In this document: positions 27,927 through 38,160 of the stretch, piece by piece | Numbering within the stretch: position 1 is the first letter of the stretch | Layout: every line of letters starts with the position of its first letter | Sequence record: MW825358.1 | Direction: 5' to 3' (one strand) | DNA length: 64,000 bases | The notes under the pieces: generated by a model | The model's input: only the letters and a program-made list of their open reading frames with translations | Told to the model about the DNA's origin: nothing | Databases searched by the model: none | Position numbers and translations under genes: made by a program

Positions 27927-28579
27927 TGTCAGCAATTGCTTACGATGGTGTCACCTTAGCCGGTGATCGCAAATCAACCAAACGCAACGCGGAAGGGGTT
28001 CGGGAAGTAACGTCCTTGGAGAAGGAGAAGATCCGTATTGATTTTGACCGGGCCGTGTTTGCCGGTCATCGAATCTATGCGATTGGTCGGGCAGGACGTG
28101 TCCCGGTTAGTACCTTCCTGCTTACGCTGTTTGATCAGAACAAGGATCTGGCAGGTCAAGAGACGTGGATTGAAAAACAGCTCCGGGTAAAGTTCTCAGA
28201 ACCTCCTGCCTCGGCGGCGCTGTTGATCATGACGGAAAACGCCATCCACCGTCTAAAGGTGCGCAAGAACTACCAGGTTACCGTGGAGTCTTATCCGCGG
28301 GGAAAAAAGTTGGCTATTGGGTCAGGGCGTCTGCTAGCTGAACAGGCCATGGAGATTTTTAATCTCGATGCCAAGGCAGCGGTTGCTTTACAAGAGTTGC
28401 ACAACGATAGCTGCGGTGGGGGTGTGGTCTACACCAGCCGTAAGCGGATTCGTGAGGGGCGACCCAATAGAGTAGAATCCTTCACCACCCCGGAGGACAT
28501 CAAGCGGTATGTCTTGTTGCGCACAGTTCGATCTTCTGCCAAAGTCCTTAGTAAGCTTACCACTGGAGAAACGTCATGA
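27926..28579 (+). CDS. HslV/proteasome-beta-like Ntn-hydrolase (217 aa)
   Basis: N-terminus MSAIAYDGVTLAGDRK, AIGSG motif, C-terminal DSCGGGV. Confidence 0.7.
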   Translation: MSAIAYDGVTLAGDRKSTKRNAEGVREVTSLEKEKIRIDFDRAVFAGHRIYAIGRAGRVPVSTFLLTLFDQNKDLAGQETWIEKQLRVKFSEPPASAALLIMTENAIHRLKVRKNYQVTVESYPRGKKLAIGSGRLLAEQAMEIFNLDAKAAVALQELHNDSCGGGVVYTSRKRIREGRPNRVESFTTPEDIKRYVLLRTVRSSAKVLSKLTTGETS

Positions 28580-28776
28580 GTGATCTGTATTCTACGTGGA
28601 ACTTTGGGACAGCATATTTCAAGATCCCGATCTTGGTGGATGTAGGTGAGGTGGCAGGAAAGCTGCGCAAGGCAGGTAAGAGTGCCAATGACGTGGCTGA
28701 GTACTTTCGCCAGATGGAAGGGGTTATCGAGCTGGAACACCCGGCTCCGCATGCAGAACGTTTGTATGGTTGGTAA
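28576..28776 (+). CDS. Hypothetical protein (66 aa)
   Basis: GGAG RBS, ATGA overlap. Confidence 0.7.
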   Translation: MSDLYSTWNFGTAYFKIPILVDVGEVAGKLRKAGKSANDVAEYFRQMEGVIELEHPAPHAERLYGW

Positions 28777-28784
28777 GATCAACG

Positions 28785-28860
28785 GCATATTGTCCCCTAC
28801 CTTCGGGTAGGGGCATATGGCGCCATAAACCCCGCCACCTTTCTTAAGGGTGGCGGGGGT
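28785..28860. terminator. Tandem hairpins/terminators
   Basis: gtcccctacc-ttcg-ggtaggggc then ccccgccacc-tttcttaag-ggtggcgggg. Confidence 0.65.
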
Positions 28861-28993
28861 ACTACGGTCCAAGGGGTAGCGAATCCCTTGATCGGGTATG
28901 GACGCAAGGGGAGAGAGAAGCCCTGCGCCAGCCAGATTCAATTGAAGTTTGAGAAACAACTTCTACATACTATTCCTCAATCGAGAAGAAGAA

Positions 28994-29488
28994 ATGACCG
29001 CTCAATTCATCGTCAGTACCGTCCTTACCATCAACGGCATCAAGCAGCCGGCCAAGTACTTGGACATGCTCGCCAAGCATATTCAGAAACACTTGCCGGC
29101 CGGCGGAAGTATGGATTGCGACGGCGCAGTGGTGGCGCACCATTGGCCGGCAAGTGCGGCCAATGTGAAGCAGCTCGAAACCATCTTTGCCGAGATCAGT
29201 AAAGGTGGATTAGCACACCACTTGGCGTACAGCATGACCTACGATGCTGACCCGCGTGCGATCTTGACTATCTCCACGTTCGTACGTGACACGCACGCAA
29301 ATAAGTTTGCTGTGCTCTACGCATTGGTCCGCTGGGACGGTACGATCGAGTATAGTTATCAGGTCAACGTCGATCCTGAGGTAGGGATCGACGAATCTGA
29401 TGTCGTGTTTGCTGAAAACGTGACCGTTCCTGCAGCGCAGGTCGTGGCTTACTTCGGTCTGAGTACTGATCCGTCCAATCTCCACTAA
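28994..29488 (+). CDS. Hypothetical protein (164 aa)
   Basis: Purine-rich RBS before ATG 28994; ends at a convergent terminator. Confidence 0.75.
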   Translation: MTAQFIVSTVLTINGIKQPAKYLDMLAKHIQKHLPAGGSMDCDGAVVAHHWPASAANVKQLETIFAEISKGGLAHHLAYSMTYDADPRAILTISTFVRDTHANKFAVLYALVRWDGTIEYSYQVNVDPEVGIDESDVVFAENVTVPAAQVVAYFGLSTDPSNLH

Positions 29489-29491
29489 GCG

Positions 29492-29537
29492 GCATAACCA
29501 GAGGACTCCCGTAAAGGGAGTCCTCTGGAAGCTATGC
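29492..29537. terminator. Bidirectional terminator flanked by GCATA/TATGC
   Basis: ccagaggactccc-gtaaa-gggagtcctctgg between convergent genes. Confidence 0.85.
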
Positions 29538-29558
29538 GCTTTTTCTTTTGTCCAACAA

Positions 29559-30431
29559 TTACATCGTGTTGCCACTGGTGGCTTCGTTGGACAGCTGCTC
29601 GGTGTAGCCGTTGTCGGCACCGGACACGTACGGGTCGATGGCCGTCACGAACGCATTTTGCAGGTTCGGGTTCAGGCCGGTCAGGTTCATTGCATCCAGA
29701 CGAGACTGGGCAAATTCCGTGACCTTGGCACCGACCTGGGTCAGCGAGGTGAACTCGACGGTGTAATCCACCGACTCACCAGCCTGGGTCAGGTCACGAC
29801 GGCCGGTGTTCTCGGCGATCTGGTTGGTCGGACGCATGTTCGTGCAGAGCCAGGCCTTGGTGACCTTGGTGAAGGTCGGGTCGGGTTCGAAGAACAGCAT
29901 CGTGGCGCCGGTGTAATCCGGCAGCAGATCGGACGGACGACGGCCGGTGGACAGGATCGCCGGACCCTTGGTGATCGGATCCATCATCAGCTGGGTGACC
30001 CAGCCTTCCAGGAACGCGCGCACCGGCTGACCGTACTTCTCCGTCCACACGAAGGTGGGGGTGGAGCGGGCACGGGTCACGTTGCTCAGATCCTGCTGCA
30101 TTTCACCAGCACCGCCGACGGCGTTCTCAACGTGCTCAACCGTCAAGGTCGAGTTGAGGCCTTCGATGGACTTGGCGTGCAGTTCGACCAGGGACTTCAG
30201 AGTCTGTTCCCAGATCTCCGGATTGTCCAGATCGCGGAAGCCGCGCGGGGCGGCAACCAGCAAGCAGATGACGTTGCGACGCACGTAGGCCGAGTTGGAC
30301 ACGTAACCGGTGAAGTCGGTCATCGGGCCCTGCTGACCACCCACTTCCAGGTTCAGCATCGGAGCCTGGGTGGCCTGGGCGTAGGCGCTGTTGGGGCCAA
30401 GAATGGCATTTTGGAGACGGGTGTTGCTCAT
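29559..30431 (-). CDS. Tail tube protein (phiKZ gp30-like, 290 aa)
   Basis: Downstream of sheath; AWLCTNMRP, FFEPDP motifs; strong codon bias. Confidence 0.85.
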   Translation of the reverse strand: MSNTRLQNAILGPNSAYAQATQAPMLNLEVGGQQGPMTDFTGYVSNSAYVRRNVICLLVAAPRGFRDLDNPEIWEQTLKSLVELHAKSIEGLNSTLTVEHVENAVGGAGEMQQDLSNVTRARSTPTFVWTEKYGQPVRAFLEGWVTQLMMDPITKGPAILSTGRRPSDLLPDYTGATMLFFEPDPTFTKVTKAWLCTNMRPTNQIAENTGRRDLTQAGESVDYTVEFTSLTQVGAKVTEFAQSRLDAMNLTGLNPNLQNAFVTAIDPYVSGADNGYTEQLSNEATSGNTM

Positions 30432-30473
30432 GGGTATTTTCCTCGAGGAGTGTTAATGCGTGACGAGGGCTGC

Positions 30474-32585
30474 TTACGCAGCCTCCGCCAGGTCGCTCGA
30501 GCGGTGAGCCACAACCGTCGTGGTCCCCACAGTACGCATGTTCTCGCCGTACATGTGGATCTCCGTGTGCCAGCTCCAACCACGCTGCTCATCAGCAGCG
30601 GTGAAGAAGGTGTTCGGACGGATGGTCACGCGGTTGTCGTAACGTCCTTCCACGCGATCGGAGATCAGCTGGTTGGAACGCATGACAAACTGCGCGTTGG
30701 TCATCTTGCCGCTGACGCCGACCAGATCACGGAACGCCTTCTGACCCACCTTCTCCAGATCCACGGCAATGACCATGTTGAAGAAGCTGTTCAGCACCGA
30801 CGAGTCGTCGTCGTACACGGTCTGCAGAGCAGGCACGTACACCGAACGCATGTCGTAGTTCTGAGCCCACACCAGACCGTTCTTCCAGTCCGCATTACGC
30901 GCCGTGGCGTTCTTGGACGTGACGTTCAGGTTCTTGAAGCGGGTGATCTGGTTGTTGGGGGACGAGTCGAACGAAGCCGACGAGTTCCAGATGCCGGAAC
31001 CGGCACCCATGTAGGCTGCGCACTTACCAGCGAACTCGATGGTCAGCGGCAGGAGGTTATCCTGCGGACCCTTGTACTTGGAATCGATCAGCTGGCCGGA
31101 GTGGCCGATGATCACCGCACGGCACACCGAGGTACCATGGATTTCCGATTCCGGATACAGGCGCGCTGCATTCTTGAGCGAGATGGCCATCGAGGACTCG
31201 AGCGCACCGGTGTTCTGGGGCTGGCTGATATCCTGCGTCGATACCGCAGTCCACACGTCCTTACGGTGACCCAGCGGCACGAAGTGCGCCAGCTTGGTTT
31301 CCAGGGTGTAGCCGGAGTCGATATACGCCGAGAACGGGTAGATCGCATCATCGAGCAGATCGAATTCACCGCCGGCGTAGTTGGTGAGGATGTCCCGCAC
31401 CAGCAGGTCGTGGGCCGCAAAGCTCATCGTACCATCGCTACCACCTTGTGCCCACACAGCGGTGCTGTCGGTGAACAAGGTACCGCCTTGGGCGGGGCCT
31501 TCCAGCTGGAAGGTGTAGTAGGGCACGCCGTGCAGATCGGTGGCGCCGATGATGTTGACCAGATTCAGGAATTCCGAATCGGCATCCATCTCCAGTTCCG
31601 GCAGCAGGCCCGAGGGGGCTTCTGCGGCGGCAACCATAGCCAGGATCTGCTTGAGGTTGCTCTGGTAGATCTTGATCTTACCAAAGGGGCCATAGATCGG
31701 GGTGACACCGGCGGTGTCCGTGGCCGACCAGGTCTTCTCGAACAGATCGCTCAAGGACAGCTCGGTATCGGTACCGGTATCGATCACGCCTTCAGCAAAG
31801 CTGAAATCGATCGACTGGTCACCGGCCAGGGTCTCCACCACGGTGACCGTGGAGTCGGCGCTTTCGCGATCGACCAGGGCCAGACGATACAGGTAGGACT
31901 TGACCGAGGTAGCCAGGGTGTCATTGAGCGGGGCACCGGACTGGCTCGTCGGGGCAACCAGGCGAATACCTTGGTTGTTACCGTCGGCGCCGAAGTGCGA
32001 GGCTTCCAGCTCGAAGATCGGGTAGGTGGTGGACTGTGCATCGGTGCTGGAGGTCAGACCACCAGCCTTGGACGTGACCGCACCAAAGGCCTGAGTGGTG
32101 GAACCGGCCATCCAATCGTTGATCACCCAACGGGCACGATAGCCGGCCACACGCGCCTGGGCGCCGGTGAGCGGAATCTTGTTACCGTCATTACCCAGAC
32201 GGAAGGTGCCGTCGGAGTTGCGCTCGTACTGCTGGATCTGATCGGCAACGATATCCAGCGAGAGCAGCACGCGGGCGTTGGGACCGGCATCGGCAGGCTT
32301 CAGACGCTGCACGAACACAGAACCACCGCCGCCGATGACGGTAGCCGCCAACTCGGACTGGTGGTTGTGGTAGGCATAGCGCGGATCAAGCGTCTTGGTA
32401 CCGAACAGGGTGCTGAACGCACCGCCGGTGGCCAGGGTCGGCTTGGTCGGGCCCTTCTGGGCGTAAAGGAAAACGTGAGGCAGGAAAGTCGGGATCTGCT
32501 CGGCTTCGCTGACGGGCGCACGGGTGCTTGCGTCTTTGATACCGGTGAGATCCAAATACGGAGCAGCGCTGATGTAGTTGCTCAT
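30474..32585 (-). CDS. Contractile tail sheath protein (phiKZ gp29-like, 703 aa)
   Basis: GIKDAS...PTFLPHVFLYAQKGP, FGTKTLDPR, DSGYTLETK, C-terminal MRTVGTTTVVAHR; strong codon bias. Confidence 0.9.
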   Translation of the reverse strand: MSNYISAAPYLDLTGIKDASTRAPVSEAEQIPTFLPHVFLYAQKGPTKPTLATGGAFSTLFGTKTLDPRYAYHNHQSELAATVIGGGGSVFVQRLKPADAGPNARVLLSLDIVADQIQQYERNSDGTFRLGNDGNKIPLTGAQARVAGYRARWVINDWMAGSTTQAFGAVTSKAGGLTSSTDAQSTTYPIFELEASHFGADGNNQGIRLVAPTSQSGAPLNDTLATSVKSYLYRLALVDRESADSTVTVVETLAGDQSIDFSFAEGVIDTGTDTELSLSDLFEKTWSATDTAGVTPIYGPFGKIKIYQSNLKQILAMVAAAEAPSGLLPELEMDADSEFLNLVNIIGATDLHGVPYYTFQLEGPAQGGTLFTDSTAVWAQGGSDGTMSFAAHDLLVRDILTNYAGGEFDLLDDAIYPFSAYIDSGYTLETKLAHFVPLGHRKDVWTAVSTQDISQPQNTGALESSMAISLKNAARLYPESEIHGTSVCRAVIIGHSGQLIDSKYKGPQDNLLPLTIEFAGKCAAYMGAGSGIWNSSASFDSSPNNQITRFKNLNVTSKNATARNADWKNGLVWAQNYDMRSVYVPALQTVYDDDSSVLNSFFNMVIAVDLEKVGQKAFRDLVGVSGKMTNAQFVMRSNQLISDRVEGRYDNRVTIRPNTFFTAADEQRGWSWHTEIHMYGENMRTVGTTTVVAHRSSDLAEAA

Positions 32586-32789
32586 TTGGAAAAAGCTCCT
32601 TAGAACTGGGACCAGTTTACTTGAGCCAACTCAAATTCCGGAACGCGACTCCGAAATACAACCAAGTTGACGCAGGCAGGACAGACTTATGCTATAGCAA
32701 TGGAGTGATGTCGCGCATCATAGTAATACGCACATGATCAGTCACTGCGTGCATACGTTTCCCCTATACTTTTCCGCAGGAGTGGCCTG

Positions 32790-33716
32790 ATGTTTTCTTC
32801 CCCGTACCAAACGACTGCGTGTTCGGCCTACCAACATCAGGTGCCGGCCATCCAGTCCGCGCTCAAGCGCGCCTTGATTCACGATGATCTGGCCCCTGCC
32901 GAAAGCCTGAAGGGGACCAAGTTCCCCGGCGTGTATATGGTCCCGCCTCATGCCAAGGAAGTCCCCAATTTCACTATGCCCATCGAGTTTGAAAGCCCCA
33001 ACGGGCTGGCCGTGGCGGTGGACATCCGTGGACTGGTCAAGAGCACAGGTGAGTCTTCCTTTAAGATCCAAGCCCCGGCTGAGTACGCCGGTCTGGTCTT
33101 GCGCGGTGCGCTGACCTTAGGTTGGCTCAAGGGCGATCAAAGCACCATGCGCCGGTTCAATGACCTGGCCGCTAAGGTGTTTGTGCGCCTGCTCTCTGAA
33201 TCCTTAGTGCGCCGCTTAGGCCTGAGTCCTTATGACCAGCCGGCAGTGGTGGTGGTGTGCGGTCTGTTCTATTACTGCAACTTCATCGACGGCAAGCAAG
33301 CCGTGTCCAAGGCAGAGAAAGACAAGATCGCCGTGGCCGTGGCTCGGTTGTCCCGGATTGCCCCTAACACCGTGGCTGAGATCCTGGAGCAAGAGCTGCC
33401 GCCGATCCAGTCGCTGGATTCGTTCTGCGATGCCTTGCGTGCTGTGCTCAACAACCCACGTCTTGAGAATGTCAATGCGGCATTTATCATGACCTTGATG
33501 GGCGGTCTGTGGTATGGCGGCAATGCCCGTCAGATCATGGCCGTGGCCCTGGAGTATCCGCCGGTGTGGCTGAGCCTGATTTACCAGGCCGTGGATGATC
33601 GCAGTTTCTCAGGCGCCGGTCTGACCAAGATGGTGGACACGGAAAACCGCAACAATGCTGCGCGGGCTTTCAGCCTGGATGTGGCACAATACTTGGAGCA
33701 ATTGAGCGATGAGTGA
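32790..33716 (+). CDS. Virion structural protein, phiKZ gp28-like (308 aa)
   Basis: Divergent from sheath, first of three genes before terL as in phiKZ-like phages; ALEYPP motif. Confidence 0.65.
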   Translation: MFSSPYQTTACSAYQHQVPAIQSALKRALIHDDLAPAESLKGTKFPGVYMVPPHAKEVPNFTMPIEFESPNGLAVAVDIRGLVKSTGESSFKIQAPAEYAGLVLRGALTLGWLKGDQSTMRRFNDLAAKVFVRLLSESLVRRLGLSPYDQPAVVVVCGLFYYCNFIDGKQAVSKAEKDKIAVAVARLSRIAPNTVAEILEQELPPIQSLDSFCDALRAVLNNPRLENVNAAFIMTLMGGLWYGGNARQIMAVALEYPPVWLSLIYQAVDDRSFSGAGLTKMVDTENRNNAARAFSLDVAQYLEQLSDE

Positions 33717-36285
33717 TTACCTTATCAGCCATGCGTTGAAGAACGTGTGGTGCAGTCCTCGCCAGGACATGCAGGTAATCTATCGCCCCATGCGCATTAC
33801 CAGTCCACGTGGTGCTCGCACCAACGTGGACGTGGTGTGGAACACCATTACCTTACCGACTCCCAATGACGTGTATCACGTCTACCAGATCGGACAGTAT
33901 CCTGCCATGCTCATGGGACTGAGTCCTAACAAGGGCGTGTGGCGTTCATTGGCCCAGCTGATGAAAGAACAGGAACTGATTGCAGATGTGTATACCGCCG
34001 ATGGATTACACCTGACGCGCTTTAACACCTTTGTATTGGTGATGGAAGACCAAAATGTGTTGGTGGCGGTACGAGAGCAAAAACGCGTGGTGGATCTGAA
34101 GGACACCCCGATTTTCTTGCGCCTGTATTCCAATGCCTTTTTCGGGACCGCCCGCTCAGATGACTTTGCACATGAGATTCATTGCGAAGGCGCTCGGGTT
34201 GCCACTCTGGATCAGGCTTTAAACTTCCAACGACAATACCATCAATACCGCGATCGCACGGTCGGTGCGACCTGGCTGTATGTCAATGGCTATTACCGCT
34301 ATGACTACACCCCGGCTGAATATGTCGCAGGGGACTATGTTGAGTTTGTCTATGACTCCACAGTCAAGGCCATCAAGGAGTTCTCAGTTGCTGAGCTGCC
34401 CACCTTTGACTCGATCAAAGATGCCAAGCGCAAGTACCTGCTTCACTATCCCGGTCCGCAAGTGGACGGGGTGCTGATTGACTACCGTGATGACATCGAT
34501 GTGTATGTCTTCAAGCCCGGTAACAACGGGCGCTTTCAAGGTCTGTATTACCACAAGAACAATGACGATGCCCTACGTCAGGTGACCCACCGCGACTACG
34601 CCATTGGCGTAGACTATTTAATCGGCTATCAGCAAAAGCTGCCCGTCGGTACGCAGTTGAGTGATCTGAAGGTACGCTTGTTCATTCGCGAGGCCGGTTA
34701 CGCACGACCCTTGGTCTTTGAACACCATCGCATCCAAGAGCTGTACAAGCTGGGTGAGGAAGATCTGACCAAGGCGTTGCTGGGCCTGGAGTCCTCGGTG
34801 CATTGGTGGCGTGCAGATGAGTTGGAAAACTCAGACTACATCAAGATCATGGATGCCAATCCGCGCTTGGTCAACATTGACCTGGTGGAAGATGCCTACG
34901 GCTACAATGCCATTTCCAAGCTAGTGGGTAACACGCCCAGTAAGGTGATCAACAGTGCCGGCCGTAAGATGGTTCCGCTGCCCTATGTGCTGCAAACCAA
35001 TTCCACGGTCTATGAGCTGGATGCTAACGGTAAGTTGATCAACAGCTACGTGCATACCTCCGGTGCTGAGTACACGCCCTTTAACGCCAGCTGTGCGATG
35101 GTTGAGATCATTGCAGGCCGAGGTGGGAACAAGTTGGATCTGGTGTTTAACACCCCAGGTCAGACTCTTGATCCTAAGCTGAGCTATCGCTTCTATGTGG
35201 CCCCCATCGTACATGGGGTACTGCAAAACGATCAGTGGGCCGATGTCACCGGTGATGTCAGTAAGTACGAGGTGGTCAACGGTCAGGTCGTGTGGTATGT
35301 GGACCGAACCTATAACGCGGTGGCTGTCAAGTCCGATGCGACCTTCCTCAACTACGAAATCACCCAGGCCGCAGATAATGGCGTCCTGCGCTTTTCGGTC
35401 AACGCCACCAGTATCACCAATGGCGTGTCAGGCTCGGGTGTCTTGTATATCCCGCCGGGACGTTTGGATCTGTGGTTGAACAACGAGTGTCTGATTGAAG
35501 GACTGGACTATTACGTCAAGTGGCCGCAAGTGGTGATCACCAACAAACGCTACTTACTCGATGGTCAAGCGCAGAAGATCCGTATCCGAGGCACAGGCTT
35601 TGTCAAGTCTGATATGTCGCGTCACGTTCCCAAGGAAGTGGGCTTTGTTCGCTGGGGTAAACTCTCCCGCAACAACCGCTATGACCTGCGCGATGATCGG
35701 GTGATTCGTTTGGTGGTGGGAGGTCGGACGTATCATCGGGACGATATCTATTTCACAGAAGGCGATCCGAGCCTGTGGATGGATAACGTGGCCAATGGCG
35801 CGCCTTACACCTTGGAAGATCTGATTGTTCCCTTGCGCAAGGTGGTCCCCACCGACACCTATGCCCTGCGTGAGTTGTCTATGGAAGTAGATCAAGCCAT
35901 CTCAGATTACTTGAGCTTGAAGCTTCCGGAGAACATCCCGCAGAACCCTGATCCGATTGCCCAAAAGTATGAGATCTACAGTCCCTTTGCAGCCTCGGTC
36001 ATGTACGACTTGTTAGGTGGGCGCTTGTCAACGGAGCAATTCCGTGGCCAGTACAGCGACCAGCAAGTACGTGAGTTCTTAAAGGGCTATGAGTGGCTGC
36101 TGGACTATGAGCCCACTCGACGCGAGTTGGATTTGACCCACGTGTCCATTCACCCGCACGATCGGACCACGGTCATCGAGTTGGATGCCTATCAGTACTT
36201 CTTGCTTAATCGCGCCATCAAGGTCTTCTTGGAGGACAAGGTGGACATCACGCGCTTTGTGCGCATCAAAGACTCCTTTATCTGA
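33709..36285 (+). CDS. Virion structural protein, phiKZ gp27-like (858 aa)
   Basis: Synteny; N-terminal NVWCSPRQD motif. Confidence 0.7.
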   Translation: MSDYLISHALKNVWCSPRQDMQVIYRPMRITSPRGARTNVDVVWNTITLPTPNDVYHVYQIGQYPAMLMGLSPNKGVWRSLAQLMKEQELIADVYTADGLHLTRFNTFVLVMEDQNVLVAVREQKRVVDLKDTPIFLRLYSNAFFGTARSDDFAHEIHCEGARVATLDQALNFQRQYHQYRDRTVGATWLYVNGYYRYDYTPAEYVAGDYVEFVYDSTVKAIKEFSVAELPTFDSIKDAKRKYLLHYPGPQVDGVLIDYRDDIDVYVFKPGNNGRFQGLYYHKNNDDALRQVTHRDYAIGVDYLIGYQQKLPVGTQLSDLKVRLFIREAGYARPLVFEHHRIQELYKLGEEDLTKALLGLESSVHWWRADELENSDYIKIMDANPRLVNIDLVEDAYGYNAISKLVGNTPSKVINSAGRKMVPLPYVLQTNSTVYELDANGKLINSYVHTSGAEYTPFNASCAMVEIIAGRGGNKLDLVFNTPGQTLDPKLSYRFYVAPIVHGVLQNDQWADVTGDVSKYEVVNGQVVWYVDRTYNAVAVKSDATFLNYEITQAADNGVLRFSVNATSITNGVSGSGVLYIPPGRLDLWLNNECLIEGLDYYVKWPQVVITNKRYLLDGQAQKIRIRGTGFVKSDMSRHVPKEVGFVRWGKLSRNNRYDLRDDRVIRLVVGGRTYHRDDIYFTEGDPSLWMDNVANGAPYTLEDLIVPLRKVVPTDTYALRELSMEVDQAISDYLSLKLPENIPQNPDPIAQKYEIYSPFAASVMYDLLGGRLSTEQFRGQYSDQQVREFLKGYEWLLDYEPTRRELDLTHVSIHPHDRTTVIELDAYQYFLLNRAIKVFLEDKVDITRFVRIKDSFI

Positions 36286-36389
36286 GTTTTGAGTTTGCAA
36301 CAAAGCGGCACTGGTCTGGAGCAGTTAAGGCTACTACATTCGCCCCAGCCAGTGCCGCTGTCTTGCACGAGCCGCCTTTAGGACACGAC

Positions 36390-38093
36390 ATGTCAAACAG
36401 CACCCTTCCTTCTACGATCATTATCGATCCCGACCGCGGGTATCGAGAGTGGTTGGTTTCTGAAATCTACGACCCGGCCAAACCGGCCAATGGTCTGTAT
36501 GTCCCCAACGTCAACGATTCTGTGCGCGATTGGGACCAAGGTATCATGCGGGTGATCGCGGTCGATTACACCACTGGTATCTCGACGTTGAAAAAGTGGA
36601 CCGAACCGGGCGATCCGGGCTCGGTGGACGATCAGGACATTCTGCTGGGCGCAGGTCCGGGTACGCAGTCTGAGTCTTATCGCTGCTACCTTGATACCTC
36701 GGTCATGCCCCACACCCTTTCTTGCGATGCGCGCCTGCGTTTTTACGGCACCACCGTTCGTTGGGTGAAGATCTTCTTGGGCACGGACATCTCCTCACGC
36801 GGTACGGTGATCTCGGCCTACTACGACACGGCCGGTAACCTGCTTGGTGAGAACATTCCAGTGGAACTGGTGCGTTCTTACTTGGATGGTATTTACGATC
36901 CAGGTCTTGCCAGCACGGAGAACAACATCGCCGTTAAGCGTCCGATGGTGGGTCACACCACCAAGGAATTGCCCGATGGTGAGGTGGTCACGGTGGTGGC
37001 CTACGATGCGGCAGGTCAGGCGATCTCTCAGGCCAAGTTGCTAATCAAGAATTCGGCCTTTATCCGTCAGACCGATGCCTCGCTCAAGTACGTGGCCAGC
37101 ATTGCCATCGAGACGCCGTTCTTGCTGGGCTCTGATCCGACCACAATTGAATACCCGATCAATATGCCGGTGGACAACCTGGGACTGATCGGTGTGGTGA
37201 CCTACTCCGATGGTTCCCAGTCGCGCCTGCCGGTGGATGGCACCAAGTTCCAGATCGCAGGTCTGCGTAACTACGTGGCTACGATCCAAGGTCAGACTGT
37301 GGATCTGCTGTTGACCTATCAGCTCGGCGCCTCGGAGTCGGCCTATCTGGATACTCCGGCCCCCAACGGCCGTATTGCCAAGGCCTATCATGCCCGTACC
37401 AAGGAATCTGATGGTGCCTACAGCGTCAAGCTGTTCGGCTATCCGACCTGGGTGGATGCACTGACCGGCTATCGCATGGAGTACTACCTGTACAACCTGG
37501 ATCGTCAGCAAGTCTACCGCGTGACCAATCTGGTGACCCCGCAGTCCAACATGCCGGTGTTTGATCCGATCTTGATCGGCACCAAGCAGTACGTGTCGGT
37601 GGGTGTGAACATGCAACAGGTCGATCCGCTGTTTGATGACTGGCGCCATACCCAGATGCTGGAAGTGACCTTGCTGCGCCAAGGCAACCAGATCGACGGA
37701 GATAACTGGACGGTGGGCTTTACCTCTGGTAAGCCGGCCTACGGTGCAGGTGTCAAGGCCCTGGGTCGCATCATCAACGTGGGCAATGCCAAGCTGGATA
37801 TCTCCTGCGGTGTGGAAACCCTGGCCGAGTGGCTGGCCTTGGTGTACACCCCGATTCAACCGCTGTACAACTCGCGCACCGAACCGGGCCCGCTGGATCC
37901 CAACTTCATGGTTGTGGTCTCTGGCAACCACCGGGTGGAAGTGCCGATCGCATCGTGGGATGATGAGATCACGGTGGAAGGCCTGCCTGGCGAAGGCAAG
38001 CTGATCTACCTGGAATTCATCCGTCGCACGGCCGACAACGATTTGCAGCTGGGTGCAGCTGGCATGATCATGCACCAACAGCAAAACGTTTAA
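36390..38093 (+). CDS. Virion structural protein, phiKZ gp26-like (567 aa from ATG 36390)
   Basis: Synteny directly upstream of the terminase. Confidence 0.7.
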   Translation: MSNSTLPSTIIIDPDRGYREWLVSEIYDPAKPANGLYVPNVNDSVRDWDQGIMRVIAVDYTTGISTLKKWTEPGDPGSVDDQDILLGAGPGTQSESYRCYLDTSVMPHTLSCDARLRFYGTTVRWVKIFLGTDISSRGTVISAYYDTAGNLLGENIPVELVRSYLDGIYDPGLASTENNIAVKRPMVGHTTKELPDGEVVTVVAYDAAGQAISQAKLLIKNSAFIRQTDASLKYVASIAIETPFLLGSDPTTIEYPINMPVDNLGLIGVVTYSDGSQSRLPVDGTKFQIAGLRNYVATIQGQTVDLLLTYQLGASESAYLDTPAPNGRIAKAYHARTKESDGAYSVKLFGYPTWVDALTGYRMEYYLYNLDRQQVYRVTNLVTPQSNMPVFDPILIGTKQYVSVGVNMQQVDPLFDDWRHTQMLEVTLLRQGNQIDGDNWTVGFTSGKPAYGAGVKALGRIINVGNAKLDISCGVETLAEWLALVYTPIQPLYNSRTEPGPLDPNFMVVVSGNHRVEVPIASWDDEITVEGLPGEGKLIYLEFIRRTADNDLQLGAAGMIMHQQQNV

Positions 38094-38101
38094 CCCCATC
38101 G

Positions 38102-38137
38102 CCCTACAGCAGTGAGCACAAGCTCACTGCTGTAGGG
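38102..38137 (+). promoter_or_regulatory. Perfect 16-bp hairpin upstream of terL (attenuator or processing site)
   Basis: ccctacagcagtgagc-acaa-gctcactgctgtaggg; no U-tract. Confidence 0.5.
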
Positions 38138-38160
38138 GTTGGTTTGAGGTATTCTTTCGT

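Noticed and set aside
29658-32603. 981-aa plus-strand ORF antisense to the sheath and tube genes
   Set aside because: Shadow ORF caused by the strong C/G-ending codon bias of the real genes; no RBS or motifs
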